Part shown: in pieces, positions 9,151-17,973 of the stretch | How the letters are laid out: every line of letters begins with the position of its first letter | Position numbering within the stretch: position 1 is the stretch's first letter | Assembly (NCBI GenBank): GCA_017614315.1 | Contig: JAGACA010000009.1 | Span: 99,290-163,289 of the forward strand | Length of the DNA stretch: 64,000 nucleotides | Reading direction: 5' to 3' | Origin: Clostridia bacterium | GTDB lineage: Bacteria > Bacillota > Clostridia > Christensenellales > CAG-138 | Position numbers and translations under genes: made by a program | The notes under the pieces: model-generated | What the model saw: only the letters and a program-made list of their open reading frames with translations | Database searches by the model: none | What the model was told of the DNA's origin: nothing

Positions 9151-9299
9151 ATCGTTCTCCTTGCCTTTCGGCCTTTTTTTAGTGGATTTTTTCATTGCTT
9201 TTCCTTGCTTTGCGTCAAAGAATACATTAACTTCGTCATTATAATATATCGTCCCTCAAAAATCAAGGGCTTTTTTCATCATAATAATATATAAATATA

Positions 9300-9326
9300 T
9301 TAGCACTCAACGCTTGACAGTGCTAA
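9300..9326 (+). promoter_or_regulatory. CIRCE operator (HrcA binding site)
   Basis: TTAGCACTC-N9-CAGTGCTAA versus the consensus TTAGCACTC-N9-GAGTGCTAA (one mismatch). Confidence 0.85.
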
Positions 9327-9341
9327 CAGAAGTGGTATAAT
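9314..9341 (+). promoter_or_regulatory. sigma-A promoter of hsp20 overlapping CIRCE (TTGACA-16-TGgTATAAT)
   Basis: The -35 at 9314-9319 lies inside the CIRCE spacer and right arm. Extended -10 at 9333-9341. Confidence 0.7.
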
Positions 9342-9453
9342 AAGCTCGAACAAAGGAACAGAGACCGAACGGGATCCCGCGGGATCTCATGAGGCGAATG
9401 ATCTCCGCTCGCTTTGCGCATAATAACCGTTATGGGTAAAGGAGGAATGACTT

Positions 9454-9897
9454 ATGTTGTACCCGACAGTTTTCAATGACAGGATCTTCGACGATCTGTT
9501 TGACATGGCTTTCCCGGCGATGGACGTCGAAAGGAAGCTTTACGGCAAGAACGCCGCTCACGTTATGAGGACGGACGTTCACGAGCACGACGGCGGCTAC
9601 GAGGTGGACATCGATCTGCCCGGCTTCAAGAAGGACGAGATCACCCTCTCCCTCGAGAACGGGTATCTGACCATCACCGCCGCGAAGGGACTCGATAAGG
9701 ACGAGCAGGACAAGAAGGGCCGCCTGATCCGCCAGGAGCGTTACTCCGGCACGATGCAGAGAAACTTCTACGTCGGCAAGAACGTTACCGACGAGGAGAT
9801 CAAGGCCAAATTCGAGGACGGCGTCCTGAAGCTCTCCGTCCCCAAGAAGGACGAGAAGAAGCTCCCCGAGAAGAAGACCATCATGATCGAAGGATGA
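9454..9897 (+). CDS. Hsp20/alpha-crystallin family small heat-shock protein
   Basis: Alpha-crystallin domain pattern (DV.E.D..Y.V..DLPG..K..I.........L.I.A...............ER..G...R.F.L.......I.A.F.DGVL.L..PK). GGAGG RBS. CIRCE operator upstream. Confidence 0.9.
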   Translation: MLYPTVFNDRIFDDLFDMAFPAMDVERKLYGKNAAHVMRTDVHEHDGGYEVDIDLPGFKKDEITLSLENGYLTITAAKGLDKDEQDKKGRLIRQERYSGTMQRNFYVGKNVTDEEIKAKFEDGVLKLSVPKKDEKKLPEKKTIMIEG

Positions 9898-9910
9898 CCG
9901 CATGAAACGA

Positions 9911-9941
9911 ATCCCCGCTTCAAAAGAAGCGGGGATTTTTT
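9911..9941 (+). terminator. intrinsic terminator of hsp20
   Basis: ATCCCCGCTTC-AAAA-GAAGCGGGGAT followed by TTTTT. Confidence 0.85.
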
Positions 9942-10022
9942 AGTCTTCCCTTTTGGGAAGGCCGCAGTTCCTGATTCCTGACTTTCAAGTCCGCGGGGCG
10001 GACTTTGCTCAATGCGAATTTA

Positions 10023-10043
10023 TTCGAGCCCGTTTCCCGCTCC
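10023..10043. repeat. inverted 21-nt copy of the tRNA-Gly 3-prime end
   Basis: TTCGAGCCCGTTTCCCGCTCC on the plus strand matches the tRNA sense sequence TTCGAGCCCCGTTTCCCGCTCC (one C shorter), but in the opposite orientation. Confidence 0.7.
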
Positions 10044-10044
10044 G

Positions 10045-10074
10045 GCGAAAAAGAGAATGGCTTTCGCCATTCTC
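10045..10074 (-). terminator. intrinsic terminator after tRNA-Gly
   Basis: The minus strand reads GAGAATGGC-GAAA-GCCATTCTC followed by TTTTTCGC. Confidence 0.75.
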
Positions 10075-10078
10075 TCGC

Positions 10079-10154
10079 TGGAGCGGGAAACGGGGCTCGA
10101 ACCCGCCACCTCCGCCTTGGCAAGGCGGCGCTCTACCAAATGAGCTATTCCCGC
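10079..10154 (-). tRNA. tRNA-Gly (anticodon GCC), CCA encoded
   Basis: Minus-strand sequence GCGGGAATAGCTCATTTGGTAGAGCGCCGCCTTGCCAAGGCGGAGGTGGCGGGTTCGAGCCCCGTTTCCCGCTCCA folds as a cloverleaf. The anticodon stem CCGCC/GGCGG has loop TTGCCAA. T-arm is GGTTCGAGCC. Confidence 0.9.
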
Positions 10155-10187
10155 GAATATCCGGTTTTTCCTTTCGGAACGAAAGCT

Positions 10188-10216
10188 ATTATACGACGGG
10201 CGGCAAAGAATGTCAA
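10188..10216 (-). promoter_or_regulatory. consensus sigma-A promoter for tRNA-Gly (TTGACA-17-TATAAT)
   Basis: The minus strand reads CTTGACATTCTTTGCCGCCCGTCGTATAATAGC, about 30 nt upstream of the tRNA 5-prime end. Confidence 0.75.
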
Positions 10217-10235
10217 GCGTTAATTTTCAAAAGCC

Positions 10236-10274
10236 CAAAATATACAAGCCGAGGGGCAAACTCCGTTTGCCCCT
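10236..10274 (-). terminator. hairpin terminator after metG
   Basis: GAGGGGCAAA / TTTGCCCCTC stem. The U-run comes after a short spacer. Confidence 0.55.
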
Positions 10275-10286
10275 CGTTAGTATTCC

Positions 10287-12272
10287 TTACCTTATCAGAT
10301 TTCCGCTGCCGATTTCCTTCATCGTGGTGAGCGGCACGACGTCGGCGTCGCCGGGCGTCGAGGCGCAGAGTATCATGCCCTTCGACTCGATGCCGCACAT
10401 CTTCCTCGGCGCGAGGTTATAGACGATGACGACGTTTTTGCCGATCAGCTCCTCCGGCTTCACCCAGTCCCTTATGCCCGAGAGCACCGTACGCTTCTCG
10501 TCTCCGAGCTCGACCGTCAGGTTATAGAGGTGGTTCGACTTCTTCACCTCGGTACATTCGATGACCTTCGCGACGCGAAGATCGAGCTTTGCGAAATCGT
10601 CGTAAGTGATAAGGGGCTTTTCGTCCTTCTTCTCCTCCGCGGGTGCGGGAGTCCCCTCCTCCGCAGCTTTCATCGCGGCGGCCTTCTTCCTCTGCTCCTC
10701 GATCATGCTGCCCAAAAACTCCATCTCGGCCTTGGCGTCGATGCGCGGGAATATCGCCTCGCCCTTCGTGACCTCCGTGCCGGCGGGGATCAGTCCGAAT
10801 TCCTTCATGCTGTCGCAGGACTTGAGGGCGTCGTCCTTTACGCCGAGCTGATCGAACATCTTCGGCGAGGTGTTCGGCATGAAGGGCTGTATCGCGATCG
10901 CGATAACGCGGAGAGCCTCCGCAAGGTTATAGAGCACCGTGCCGAGGCGGGCTTTCTTCGTCTCGTCCTTAGCGAGCACCCACGGCGCGGTCACGTCGAT
11001 GTACTTGTTGCAGACGCCGACGAGCTTCCATATCTCCTGAAGGGCGATATGCGGATGGATGTCGTCCATCGCCCTGTCCATGCGTTCGAAGAGCGCCTTC
11101 GCGGTCGACACGACGGGTTCGTCCTCCTCGGGGACGGGGGCCGTGTTCGCGGGGATCCTTCCGCCGAAATATTTGCCGATCATCGCGACCGTGCGGGAAA
11201 GCAGGTTCCCGAGGTCGTTCGCGAGGTCGGAATTGATCCTTGTAATGAGCGTGGCGTTGTCGAAATTGCCGTCGTTGCCGAACGGGAACTCGGAGAGCAG
11301 GAAATAGCGCACCGCGTCCACGCCGTACCTTTCGACCAGCACGAACGGATCGACGACGTTGCCCTTGGACTTCGACATCTTTTCGCCGTCGAACAGCAGC
11401 CAGCCGTGACCGTAGATCTTCTTCGGGAGGGGCAGGCCGAGCGCCATCAGCATTATCGGCCAGATTATGGTGTGGAACCTGATTATCTCCTTGCCGACGA
11501 TATGCACGTCGGCCGGCCAGAACTTCCTGTAAAGGGAGTCGTCGTCCGAAAGATAGCCTATCGCGGAGAGATAATTGACGAGCGCGTCGATCCAGACGTA
11601 TATGACGTGGCGGTCGTCGAAGGGCACGGGCACGCCCCACTTGAACGTGCTCCTCGTGACGCAGAGATCCTCGCAGCCGGGGAGCAGGAAGTTACCCAGC
11701 ATCTCGTTCGCCCTCGAAACGGGCTGTATGAAATCGGGGTTCTCCCTGATGTATTCGATCAGCCGCGGCGCGTATTTCTTTATGCGGAGGAAGTACGCCT
11801 CCTCCTTGGCGAGCTCGGTCTTCCTGCCGCAGTCGGGGCAGACGCCGCCCGCTTCCTTGAGCTGGGTCTCGGTCCAGAACGCCTCGCACTGGGTGCAGTA
11901 ATGCCCCTCGTACTCGGACTTGTAGATGTCGCCCTGCTCGTAGAGCTTGTCGAACACCTTCTGAACGCACTCCATGTGACGCCTGTCGGTCGTCCTTATG
12001 AAGCCGTCGTTCGAGATGTTCATGAGCTCCCACAGCTTTTTGAAGCCCGCGGTTATCTCATCCGCGTATTCCTGCGGGGCGACGCCGGCCTTTTCGGCAT
12101 ATCTTTCGATCTTCTGGCCGTGCTCGTCGGTGCCGGTCAGAAAAAACACCTCGTGACCGGTCATGCGCTTATAGCGCGCGAGCGCGTCGGTATTGACCGT
12201 GCAGTACGTGTGCCCGATATGCGGGTTGGCGCTGGGGTAATAGATGGGGGTGGTTATGTAGTATTTGTTCAT
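10287..12272 (-). CDS. metG: methionyl-tRNA synthetase with C-terminal Trbp111/EMAP-like tRNA-binding domain
   Basis: HIGH motif (NPHIGHTY), KMSKS present, CxxC zinc knuckles. C-terminal OB tRNA-binding domain (LDLRVAKV...GIESKGMIL). I chose the ATG at 12272 (MNKYYITTPIYY). The track start at 12293 is a TTG. Confidence 0.95.
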   Translation of the reverse strand: MNKYYITTPIYYPSANPHIGHTYCTVNTDALARYKRMTGHEVFFLTGTDEHGQKIERYAEKAGVAPQEYADEITAGFKKLWELMNISNDGFIRTTDRRHMECVQKVFDKLYEQGDIYKSEYEGHYCTQCEAFWTETQLKEAGGVCPDCGRKTELAKEEAYFLRIKKYAPRLIEYIRENPDFIQPVSRANEMLGNFLLPGCEDLCVTRSTFKWGVPVPFDDRHVIYVWIDALVNYLSAIGYLSDDDSLYRKFWPADVHIVGKEIIRFHTIIWPIMLMALGLPLPKKIYGHGWLLFDGEKMSKSKGNVVDPFVLVERYGVDAVRYFLLSEFPFGNDGNFDNATLITRINSDLANDLGNLLSRTVAMIGKYFGGRIPANTAPVPEEDEPVVSTAKALFERMDRAMDDIHPHIALQEIWKLVGVCNKYIDVTAPWVLAKDETKKARLGTVLYNLAEALRVIAIAIQPFMPNTSPKMFDQLGVKDDALKSCDSMKEFGLIPAGTEVTKGEAIFPRIDAKAEMEFLGSMIEEQRKKAAAMKAAEEGTPAPAEEKKDEKPLITYDDFAKLDLRVAKVIECTEVKKSNHLYNLTVELGDEKRTVLSGIRDWVKPEELIGKNVVIVYNLAPRKMCGIESKGMILCASTPGDADVVPLTTMKEIGSGNLIR

Positions 12273-12347
12273 ATCGGTAAACCTTTCAGGCAATTTTTAC
12301 AGTCAGGAGTCGGAGATCCGTGACAGAGAGCGATAACTCCTCGCTCC

Positions 12348-13340
12348 TCATTCCTCATTCTTTATCTGTCCGTGTCCGTGGCGGTAGAGCTGGCGGCTGT
12401 CGAGCGCCCACTGGCGTTCGGTGAACTGCCCGGGAGCGACCCCCGCGAGAGCGTCGAACATCTCGAACATTCGGGCGTCGAGCATATCGATCTCCGACAC
12501 GATCTCCGCCTCGGGGAACATCGGGAACTTCGGCGATCCGAACTCCGGCTGACCGTGGTGCGAAAGCAGTATGTGCGACAGGAGCGAGCTCAATTCCTCG
12601 GATACGGAGAGCTCCGCCGCCGCCTGCTCGACCATGCACACGCCCATGTTGATATGCCCCATGAGCTGTCCGCGCGCCGTATAGGCCGTCGCCACGCCGA
12701 GCTCGGATACCGAAAGCTCCTCGGTCTTCGCTATGTCGTGAAGTATCACGCCGGCATAGATGAGCTCCTCGGAAAGCTCGGGATAATAGGGCTTATAGAT
12801 CCCGACGAGCTTCTTCGCGACCTCGAGCATGGTCCCCGTGTGGAACATGAGCCCTCCGCGCATGGCGTGATGGAGCCGGAGCGCGGCGGGATAGCTTTCG
12901 ATCTTTTCCTTCCTGCCGCGAAGGAGGTACTGCGTGAGGCGGGAAAGCTCGCCGTCCCTGAACGTGCCGGCGAAGTCGTAGATCTTTTTGAACTCGGCGC
13001 TCGCGTCGACGGGTGAGCTCGGAACGATAAGGCTCATGTCGATATCGTCTTCGTCCTTCTTCTGACGGATACGCTCGATCTTGAGCTGTTCGACGTCTTT
13101 CCAGACGTTGACCGTGCCCCTGACCTTGATTATGTCGCCTACGGCGAAAACGCCGTGCGTCGCCGTGGAATAATCCCACAGCTTGGCGTTGATCTCGCCG
13201 CCCGCGTCCGCAAGCGTGAAATCGAGATAATCGGCGCCCTTGACGTTGTTTTTGACCGCGACGCTCTTAACGATGCAGAAGCCCTGCACCGCGCCGGTCT
13301 GATTATTGACGCAATTGGATAAGAGGTTCATCCTTCCCAT
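12348..13340 (-). CDS. yhaM: 3-prime-5-prime exoribonuclease YhaM-like (OB fold plus HD domain)
   Basis: N-terminal OB fold followed by HD-domain motifs (LHHAMRGGL, ILHDIAK). The start is uncertain among 13355 (GTG), 13340 and 13331. Confidence 0.8.
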   Translation of the reverse strand: MGRMNLLSNCVNNQTGAVQGFCIVKSVAVKNNVKGADYLDFTLADAGGEINAKLWDYSTATHGVFAVGDIIKVRGTVNVWKDVEQLKIERIRQKKDEDDIDMSLIVPSSPVDASAEFKKIYDFAGTFRDGELSRLTQYLLRGRKEKIESYPAALRLHHAMRGGLMFHTGTMLEVAKKLVGIYKPYYPELSEELIYAGVILHDIAKTEELSVSELGVATAYTARGQLMGHINMGVCMVEQAAAELSVSEELSSLLSHILLSHHGQPEFGSPKFPMFPEAEIVSEIDMLDARMFEMFDALAGVAPGQFTERQWALDSRQLYRHGHGQIKNEE

Positions 13341-13351
13341 ATTCGTACGCC

Positions 13352-13957
13352 TCACTTATAATACTGGATCGAGCTGCGATCCACCGTGAAAACGAGCTTG
13401 TCGTCGTCGGCAAGTTCGAACACGATCGAAAACGCGCCTTCGCTGTCCGTGATCTTGACCGTCGCCCTGACGCCCGTTCGCGCGCCGGAATCGTCCCTGA
13501 CGACGCTCGCTTCGGTGATCTCATACGTGAAATCGGAATCGTCCGTGCGGTAGATGTAATAATAGTCGCCGACCGTGTAAACGAGCTGTACCTCGTTCGG
13601 CTTGTATTTCGTCCTTACGATCCCGGATGCGTCGAGGCCGAGCATCCTCGCGATCAGCTCGTCGGTGTCCGTTATCGCGACCTTGCCGTAGCCCCTTATG
13701 TCGCTTTCGGGAAGCGCGCAGGTGTAGAGGCAGTAGATCATGTTCTCCGTCTTGCTCGCGGGGAACGAGTCGTCCTTATTGAATTCGCCGTAAATGCGGA
13801 AAGCCCGCGCGAGCTCTGTTATCCTCGCGGCCTCCTTCGCCGTGGGCGTATAGGCGCCGGTCTCGGCGTCGGGGACCTTTTTCCCGCAGGACGCGCACCC
13901 GGAGAGCGCGGCGAGCGCGAGAACAGCGGCTGTTATGATCATCAAATATCGTTTCAT
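13352..13957 (-). CDS. predicted lipoprotein, unknown function
   Basis: MKRYLMIITAAVLALAALSGC lipobox. GGAGG RBS before the ATG at 13957. Confidence 0.65.
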   Translation of the reverse strand: MKRYLMIITAAVLALAALSGCASCGKKVPDAETGAYTPTAKEAARITELARAFRIYGEFNKDDSFPASKTENMIYCLYTCALPESDIRGYGKVAITDTDELIARMLGLDASGIVRTKYKPNEVQLVYTVGDYYYIYRTDDSDFTYEITEASVVRDDSGARTGVRATVKITDSEGAFSIVFELADDDKLVFTVDRSSIQYYK

Positions 13958-14134
13958 TTGCTTGCCTCCGTACAATCGACCATTTTATATGATACCATAC
14001 GGCGCCCGTCATGTCAAAGGGAATAAATCCGCTCTTTACCTCGGGACGAAAATGGTGTAAAATAAATAGGTTGTAATGGCGTTTTTGCGTCCGCCGGAAT
14101 AGATTTAAGTAACGGCGGCCGAAAAGGAGATCCG

Positions 14135-15211
14135 ATGAAGAAAATTTTGATGACGGGCGGCGGCAGCGCGGGACACGTCACGCCGAATATCGCCCTTTTC
14201 CCGGAGCTTCGCGCTCACGGCTTCGAGATACACTATGCCGGCCTTAAGGACGGCATAGAGCACGACCTCATCTCACGCGAGGAGGACGTCACGTATCACG
14301 AGATCGAGTCGGGCAAGCTCAGGAGATATCTTTCGCTCAAAAACCTCGCGAGCCCCTTCAAAGTATTGAAGGGCGTGAGCCAGGCGAAGAAGCTCGTCAA
14401 GGAGCTTCAGCCCGACGTGGTGTTCTCGAAGGGCGGCTTCGTCAGCGTGCCTGTGGTCATGGCCGCGGCGGGCAAATGCCCCGTCGTCTGCCACGAGTCC
14501 GACTACACCCCCGGCCTCGCCAACAAGATCGCGGCGAGATACGCGGACACGGTCTGCGTCACGTTCGAGGATACGATAAAGCTTTCGAAGCCCCGCATAG
14601 CCAAAAAGATGGTGCATACCGGCACCCCGATCCGTCCTGAGCTCTATACCGGCGTGCGCTCCATGGGGCTTTGGCACATGGGCTTCGACGGCGAAAAGCC
14701 CGTATTGATGGTAATGGGCGGCAGTCTCGGCGCGAAGGCGCTGAACGACGGCGTGCGCGGCGCGCTGGATGAGCTTACCAAGACCTTCGACATAGTGCAT
14801 CTGTGCGGCAGGGCAAAGGTCGACGGGAGCTTTTCCCGTCCCGGCTACCGTCAGTTCGAGTACGTCGGGGCAGAGCTTCCCGACATGCTCGCCGCCACGG
14901 ACATAGTCGTTTCCCGCGCCGGCGCGAACGCGGTCTTCGAATTCATATCCCTCGGCATACCGGCGCTCCTCGTTCCCCTGCCCCTTGACGCGAGCCGCGG
15001 CGATCAGATACTGAACGCGGACTACGTCACGAAAAAGGGCTACGCCGCCAAGCTCGACCAGGCGGACGTCACGCCCGAAAGGCTCGCGCGGGAGGTGCTC
15101 GCGCTTTACGCAAGGAGGGACGAGATGCGCAGGCTGATGCTCGCCGATCCCCTCGTCGACGGCACCGAAGAAGTCCTTGACGAGATATTCAAGGCCGCTA
15201 AGGAAAAATAA
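14135..15211 (+). CDS. murG: undecaprenyldiphospho-muramoylpentapeptide beta-N-acetylglucosaminyltransferase
   Basis: N-terminal TGGGSAGHVTPNIAL G-loop, GT28 length and C-terminal motifs (MGGSLGA, AGANAVFE). Confidence 0.9.
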   Translation: MKKILMTGGGSAGHVTPNIALFPELRAHGFEIHYAGLKDGIEHDLISREEDVTYHEIESGKLRRYLSLKNLASPFKVLKGVSQAKKLVKELQPDVVFSKGGFVSVPVVMAAAGKCPVVCHESDYTPGLANKIAARYADTVCVTFEDTIKLSKPRIAKKMVHTGTPIRPELYTGVRSMGLWHMGFDGEKPVLMVMGGSLGAKALNDGVRGALDELTKTFDIVHLCGRAKVDGSFSRPGYRQFEYVGAELPDMLAATDIVVSRAGANAVFEFISLGIPALLVPLPLDASRGDQILNADYVTKKGYAAKLDQADVTPERLAREVLALYARRDEMRRLMLADPLVDGTEEVLDEIFKAAKEK

Positions 15212-15212
15212 A

Positions 15213-16760
15213 ATGAAAAGGTTCACCGAAGAAGAGATACTCAAAATACTTGGAGAGCCCAACGGCGCGGATAAGCTCATGAACATGAACGCCGACCCGG
15301 ACGATCTGTACTTAAAGGCCGTTTCGCTGTATAAATCGGGCGGGCTCGCCTCCGCGCTCCTGTTAAGGCTCGCGAACAAGAAGCCGTATCTCATAAAGCT
15401 TTCGGAGGACGAAGAGTTTTTGAGCGCCGTCAGCGCGAATCTCGCGGGCGATAACGCGAAGCTGCGCCGCAATTCCGCAAGGCTCGCGGGAGCCTTGAGG
15501 CGCGAAAGCTTCGTGCCGGAGCTTACAAGAGCTCTCGGCTCGGAAACGCAAAGGCTCGTGCGGCCGAGCATGATACTCGCGCTCGGCTCGATAGGCGGCG
15601 AAGAGGCGAAGGCGTTCCTTTCGGCCTATTCGGTCGCTCCGGCCGCGGACGAGACCGAGGAGAAGCATTTCAAAGAGGAGACCGACGCGCTTACGAGCGC
15701 GCTCCGTTCGTTCGCTCCTTCGGAGGAGCACGCCTTCACCGGCTTTTCGGAGCCCGTCACGGTGGAGCTCCGCGCGCCCGACCGCCTTACCCGTCCGCTC
15801 GCGGACGAGCTCGGGGAGCTCGGTCTTGCCTGCTTCGACGGCCGCTCCGACAGCTTAAAGATCAAGACCGCGGATTATCCCGCGCTCTTTGAGGCGCGCT
15901 GCTTTACCGAGGCGCTTTTCCCCATAGGTCAATCCGACTGCGTCCCTTCCGCGATCGCGAAGAAGGCGGCGCCGTTTTTGTTCTCGCTCATGCGTTCGTC
16001 CCACTCGGGCAAGCCCCCTTTCAGGTTCCGCGTGGAGCTGAAAGCCGCGGTGAAGGATCCCGCGAGGCGTCAGTCGCTGGTGCGCGATATCGCCGCGGCG
16101 TGCGAGTCGGACGAGCTTGTCAACGCGCCGTCCGATTACGAGGCGGAGCTCCGCGTCGAGGGCGACGAAAGGGGCGTGCGCCTGTTTGTTAAGCTTTTCA
16201 CCGTGCCCGACGAGCGGTTCTCGTACCGCAAGGAATCGATACCGGCTTCCATCAACCCCGCCGTGGCGGCGAGCGTTATCCGGTTCGCGCAGGATCGCTT
16301 CCGCGTCGGCGCGAGGGTCATAGATCCCTGCTGCGGCAGCGGCACGATGCTTATCGAGCGCGCGAAGCTTTCGCCCTGCCAAAGCCTTACCGGCGTCGAC
16401 ATCGCCCACCGCGCGATCGACGCTGCGAGGACGAACACCGCGATCGCCGGCGTGAACGCAAAATACATCGTGAACGACATACTTAGGTTCGAGTGCCACA
16501 GGCCGTATGACGAGCTGATCGCGAACCTTCCCTTCGGGAACCGCGTGGGCAATCATTCCTCCTGCGAGAAGCTCTACCGCGGGCTCGTCGAAAAGCTCCC
16601 CGGGCTCGTCAGGAAAGGCGGCACGGCGGTGCTCTACACTATGGAGTTCACGCTTCTGAAAAACATAATAAAGGAAAACCCGCGCGTCACGCTTCTTAAA
16701 CAGGAGCGCACCGAGGCGGGCGGGCTCATGCCCATGATATTCATTTTAGAGGTGAACTGA
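15213..16760 (+). CDS. THUMP-like/class I SAM-dependent RNA methyltransferase (UPF0020, RlmL/Trm14-like) with N-terminal HEAT-like repeat extension
   Basis: SAM motif I VIDPCCGSGTMLIE and catalytic NLPFG (variant of D/NPPY). N-terminal roughly 150 aa has HEAT/PBS-lyase-like repeats (LRRNSARLAGAL...ILALGSIGGEEA). The ATG at 15213 lies 1 nt after the murG stop. Confidence 0.75.
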   Translation: MKRFTEEEILKILGEPNGADKLMNMNADPDDLYLKAVSLYKSGGLASALLLRLANKKPYLIKLSEDEEFLSAVSANLAGDNAKLRRNSARLAGALRRESFVPELTRALGSETQRLVRPSMILALGSIGGEEAKAFLSAYSVAPAADETEEKHFKEETDALTSALRSFAPSEEHAFTGFSEPVTVELRAPDRLTRPLADELGELGLACFDGRSDSLKIKTADYPALFEARCFTEALFPIGQSDCVPSAIAKKAAPFLFSLMRSSHSGKPPFRFRVELKAAVKDPARRQSLVRDIAAACESDELVNAPSDYEAELRVEGDERGVRLFVKLFTVPDERFSYRKESIPASINPAVAASVIRFAQDRFRVGARVIDPCCGSGTMLIERAKLSPCQSLTGVDIAHRAIDAARTNTAIAGVNAKYIVNDILRFECHRPYDELIANLPFGNRVGNHSSCEKLYRGLVEKLPGLVRKGGTAVLYTMEFTLLKNIIKENPRVTLLKQERTEAGGLMPMIFILEVN

Positions 16761-16761
16761 T

Positions 16762-17949
16762 TTGACCGAGAAGCTTTATTACCTCATTCCCATGCTCCCG
16801 TCCTGCGAGGCCGAGGTCGTTTCCTGCGCCGAAAAGGGGGGTAAATACCTCGTCAGGCTCGACCGCACGGTGATATTCCCCGCGGGCGGAGGTCAGCCCT
16901 CCGACACGGGCTCTATCGGCGAGGCTAAGGTTTTTGAGGCGCTGGAGGACGGCGGCGACGTGATCCACGTGACCGACCGTCCGCTCAAGGCCGGCAGCCG
17001 CCACACCGTCAGATTCGATATCCCCCGCCGTCTCGATCATTCCGAGCAGCACACCGGCGAGCACATACTCTCCGGCACGGCGCACAGGCTTTTCGGCGCG
17101 AAGAACGTCGGTTTCCACATGGCGGAGGACTACGCGACGCTCGACCTTGACAAGTATCTCGATGCGGACGCGCTTTTCCTGCTCGAGAGCGAGGCCAACG
17201 CCGCCGTGAGGAGGAACGTCCCCGTTACGGGCGAGATAATGGATCGGGCAAGGTTCGATACGATAAGGATAAGGAAAAAGTCCGACGTGAGCTCCGACGA
17301 GATCCGCGTCGTGTTCATAGGCGGGGGCGAGGTCGATTCCTGCACCTGCTGCGGCACGCACTGCGCGTCGACCGGCGAGGTCGGCTACATAAGGATCGCC
17401 GATTCGATGAAGTATAAGGGCGGCACCAGGATATGGTTCTCCTGCGGAGGCCGCGCCGTAAAAGAGGCGAACGCCGCCTCGCACGAGCTTTCCGACATCG
17501 CGAGGGGCTTTTCGACCTCGGCGGACGAACTGCCCGCGGCGCTCAGAAAGCAGGCGGACGAGCTCTCGGGCGTAAAGCGCGAGCTCAAGTCCCGCACGCA
17601 GACGCTCTGCCGCCTGATCGCGGAGGCGAATACCGGGGAGACGCCCGTTATGATGATGGACGGCTTCGGCGCGAACGACGTGAGGATGCTCGCGGACGCG
17701 CTCGTCGCGCACGGCGCGCGCGCCGCGCTCGTGTTCGGCGCCGTCGGGGACGCGGTACGCTACTGCGCGCTCCGCAGGAGCGGCGAGAAGCTGCCCATGA
17801 ACGATCTGATCGCCGCCGTGAACGGGCTCGTTAACGGCAAGGGCGGCGGGAATCAGGATCTTGCGCAGGGCTCGTCGGCCTCCCCCGTAACGGAGGAGAT
17901 GCTCGCCGTGCTCCGCGAATACGTTTCAAAAAGAGCAAACAACCTGTAA
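16762..17949 (+). CDS. alaX: AlaX-L type alanyl-tRNA editing protein (tRNA_SAD plus DHHA1-like)
   Basis: Zinc motifs HTGEHIL (HxxxH) and CCGTHC (CxxxH) typical of the AlaRS/ThrRS second additional domain. TTG start immediately after the upstream stop. Confidence 0.8.
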   Translation: MTEKLYYLIPMLPSCEAEVVSCAEKGGKYLVRLDRTVIFPAGGGQPSDTGSIGEAKVFEALEDGGDVIHVTDRPLKAGSRHTVRFDIPRRLDHSEQHTGEHILSGTAHRLFGAKNVGFHMAEDYATLDLDKYLDADALFLLESEANAAVRRNVPVTGEIMDRARFDTIRIRKKSDVSSDEIRVVFIGGGEVDSCTCCGTHCASTGEVGYIRIADSMKYKGGTRIWFSCGGRAVKEANAASHELSDIARGFSTSADELPAALRKQADELSGVKRELKSRTQTLCRLIAEANTGETPVMMMDGFGANDVRMLADALVAHGARAALVFGAVGDAVRYCALRRSGEKLPMNDLIAAVNGLVNGKGGGNQDLAQGSSASPVTEEMLAVLREYVSKRANNL

Positions 17950-17973
17950 ACATATAAACACCGGAGGTAACAA

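Noticed and set aside
9948-10005. Two short hairpins (CTTCCC-TTTT-GGGAAG and AGTCCGC-GGG-GCGGACT) between the hsp20 terminator and the tRNA region, considered as a possible sRNA.
   Set aside because: The stems are only 6-7 bp, there is no promoter or U-tract, and nothing else supports them. They may simply be spacer structure.
12273-12347. Possible T-box or other leader upstream of metG. I also checked upstream of lysK at 26800-26877.
   Set aside because: The leaders are under 80 nt and lack a specifier hairpin, the T-box sequence and terminator/antiterminator alternatives.
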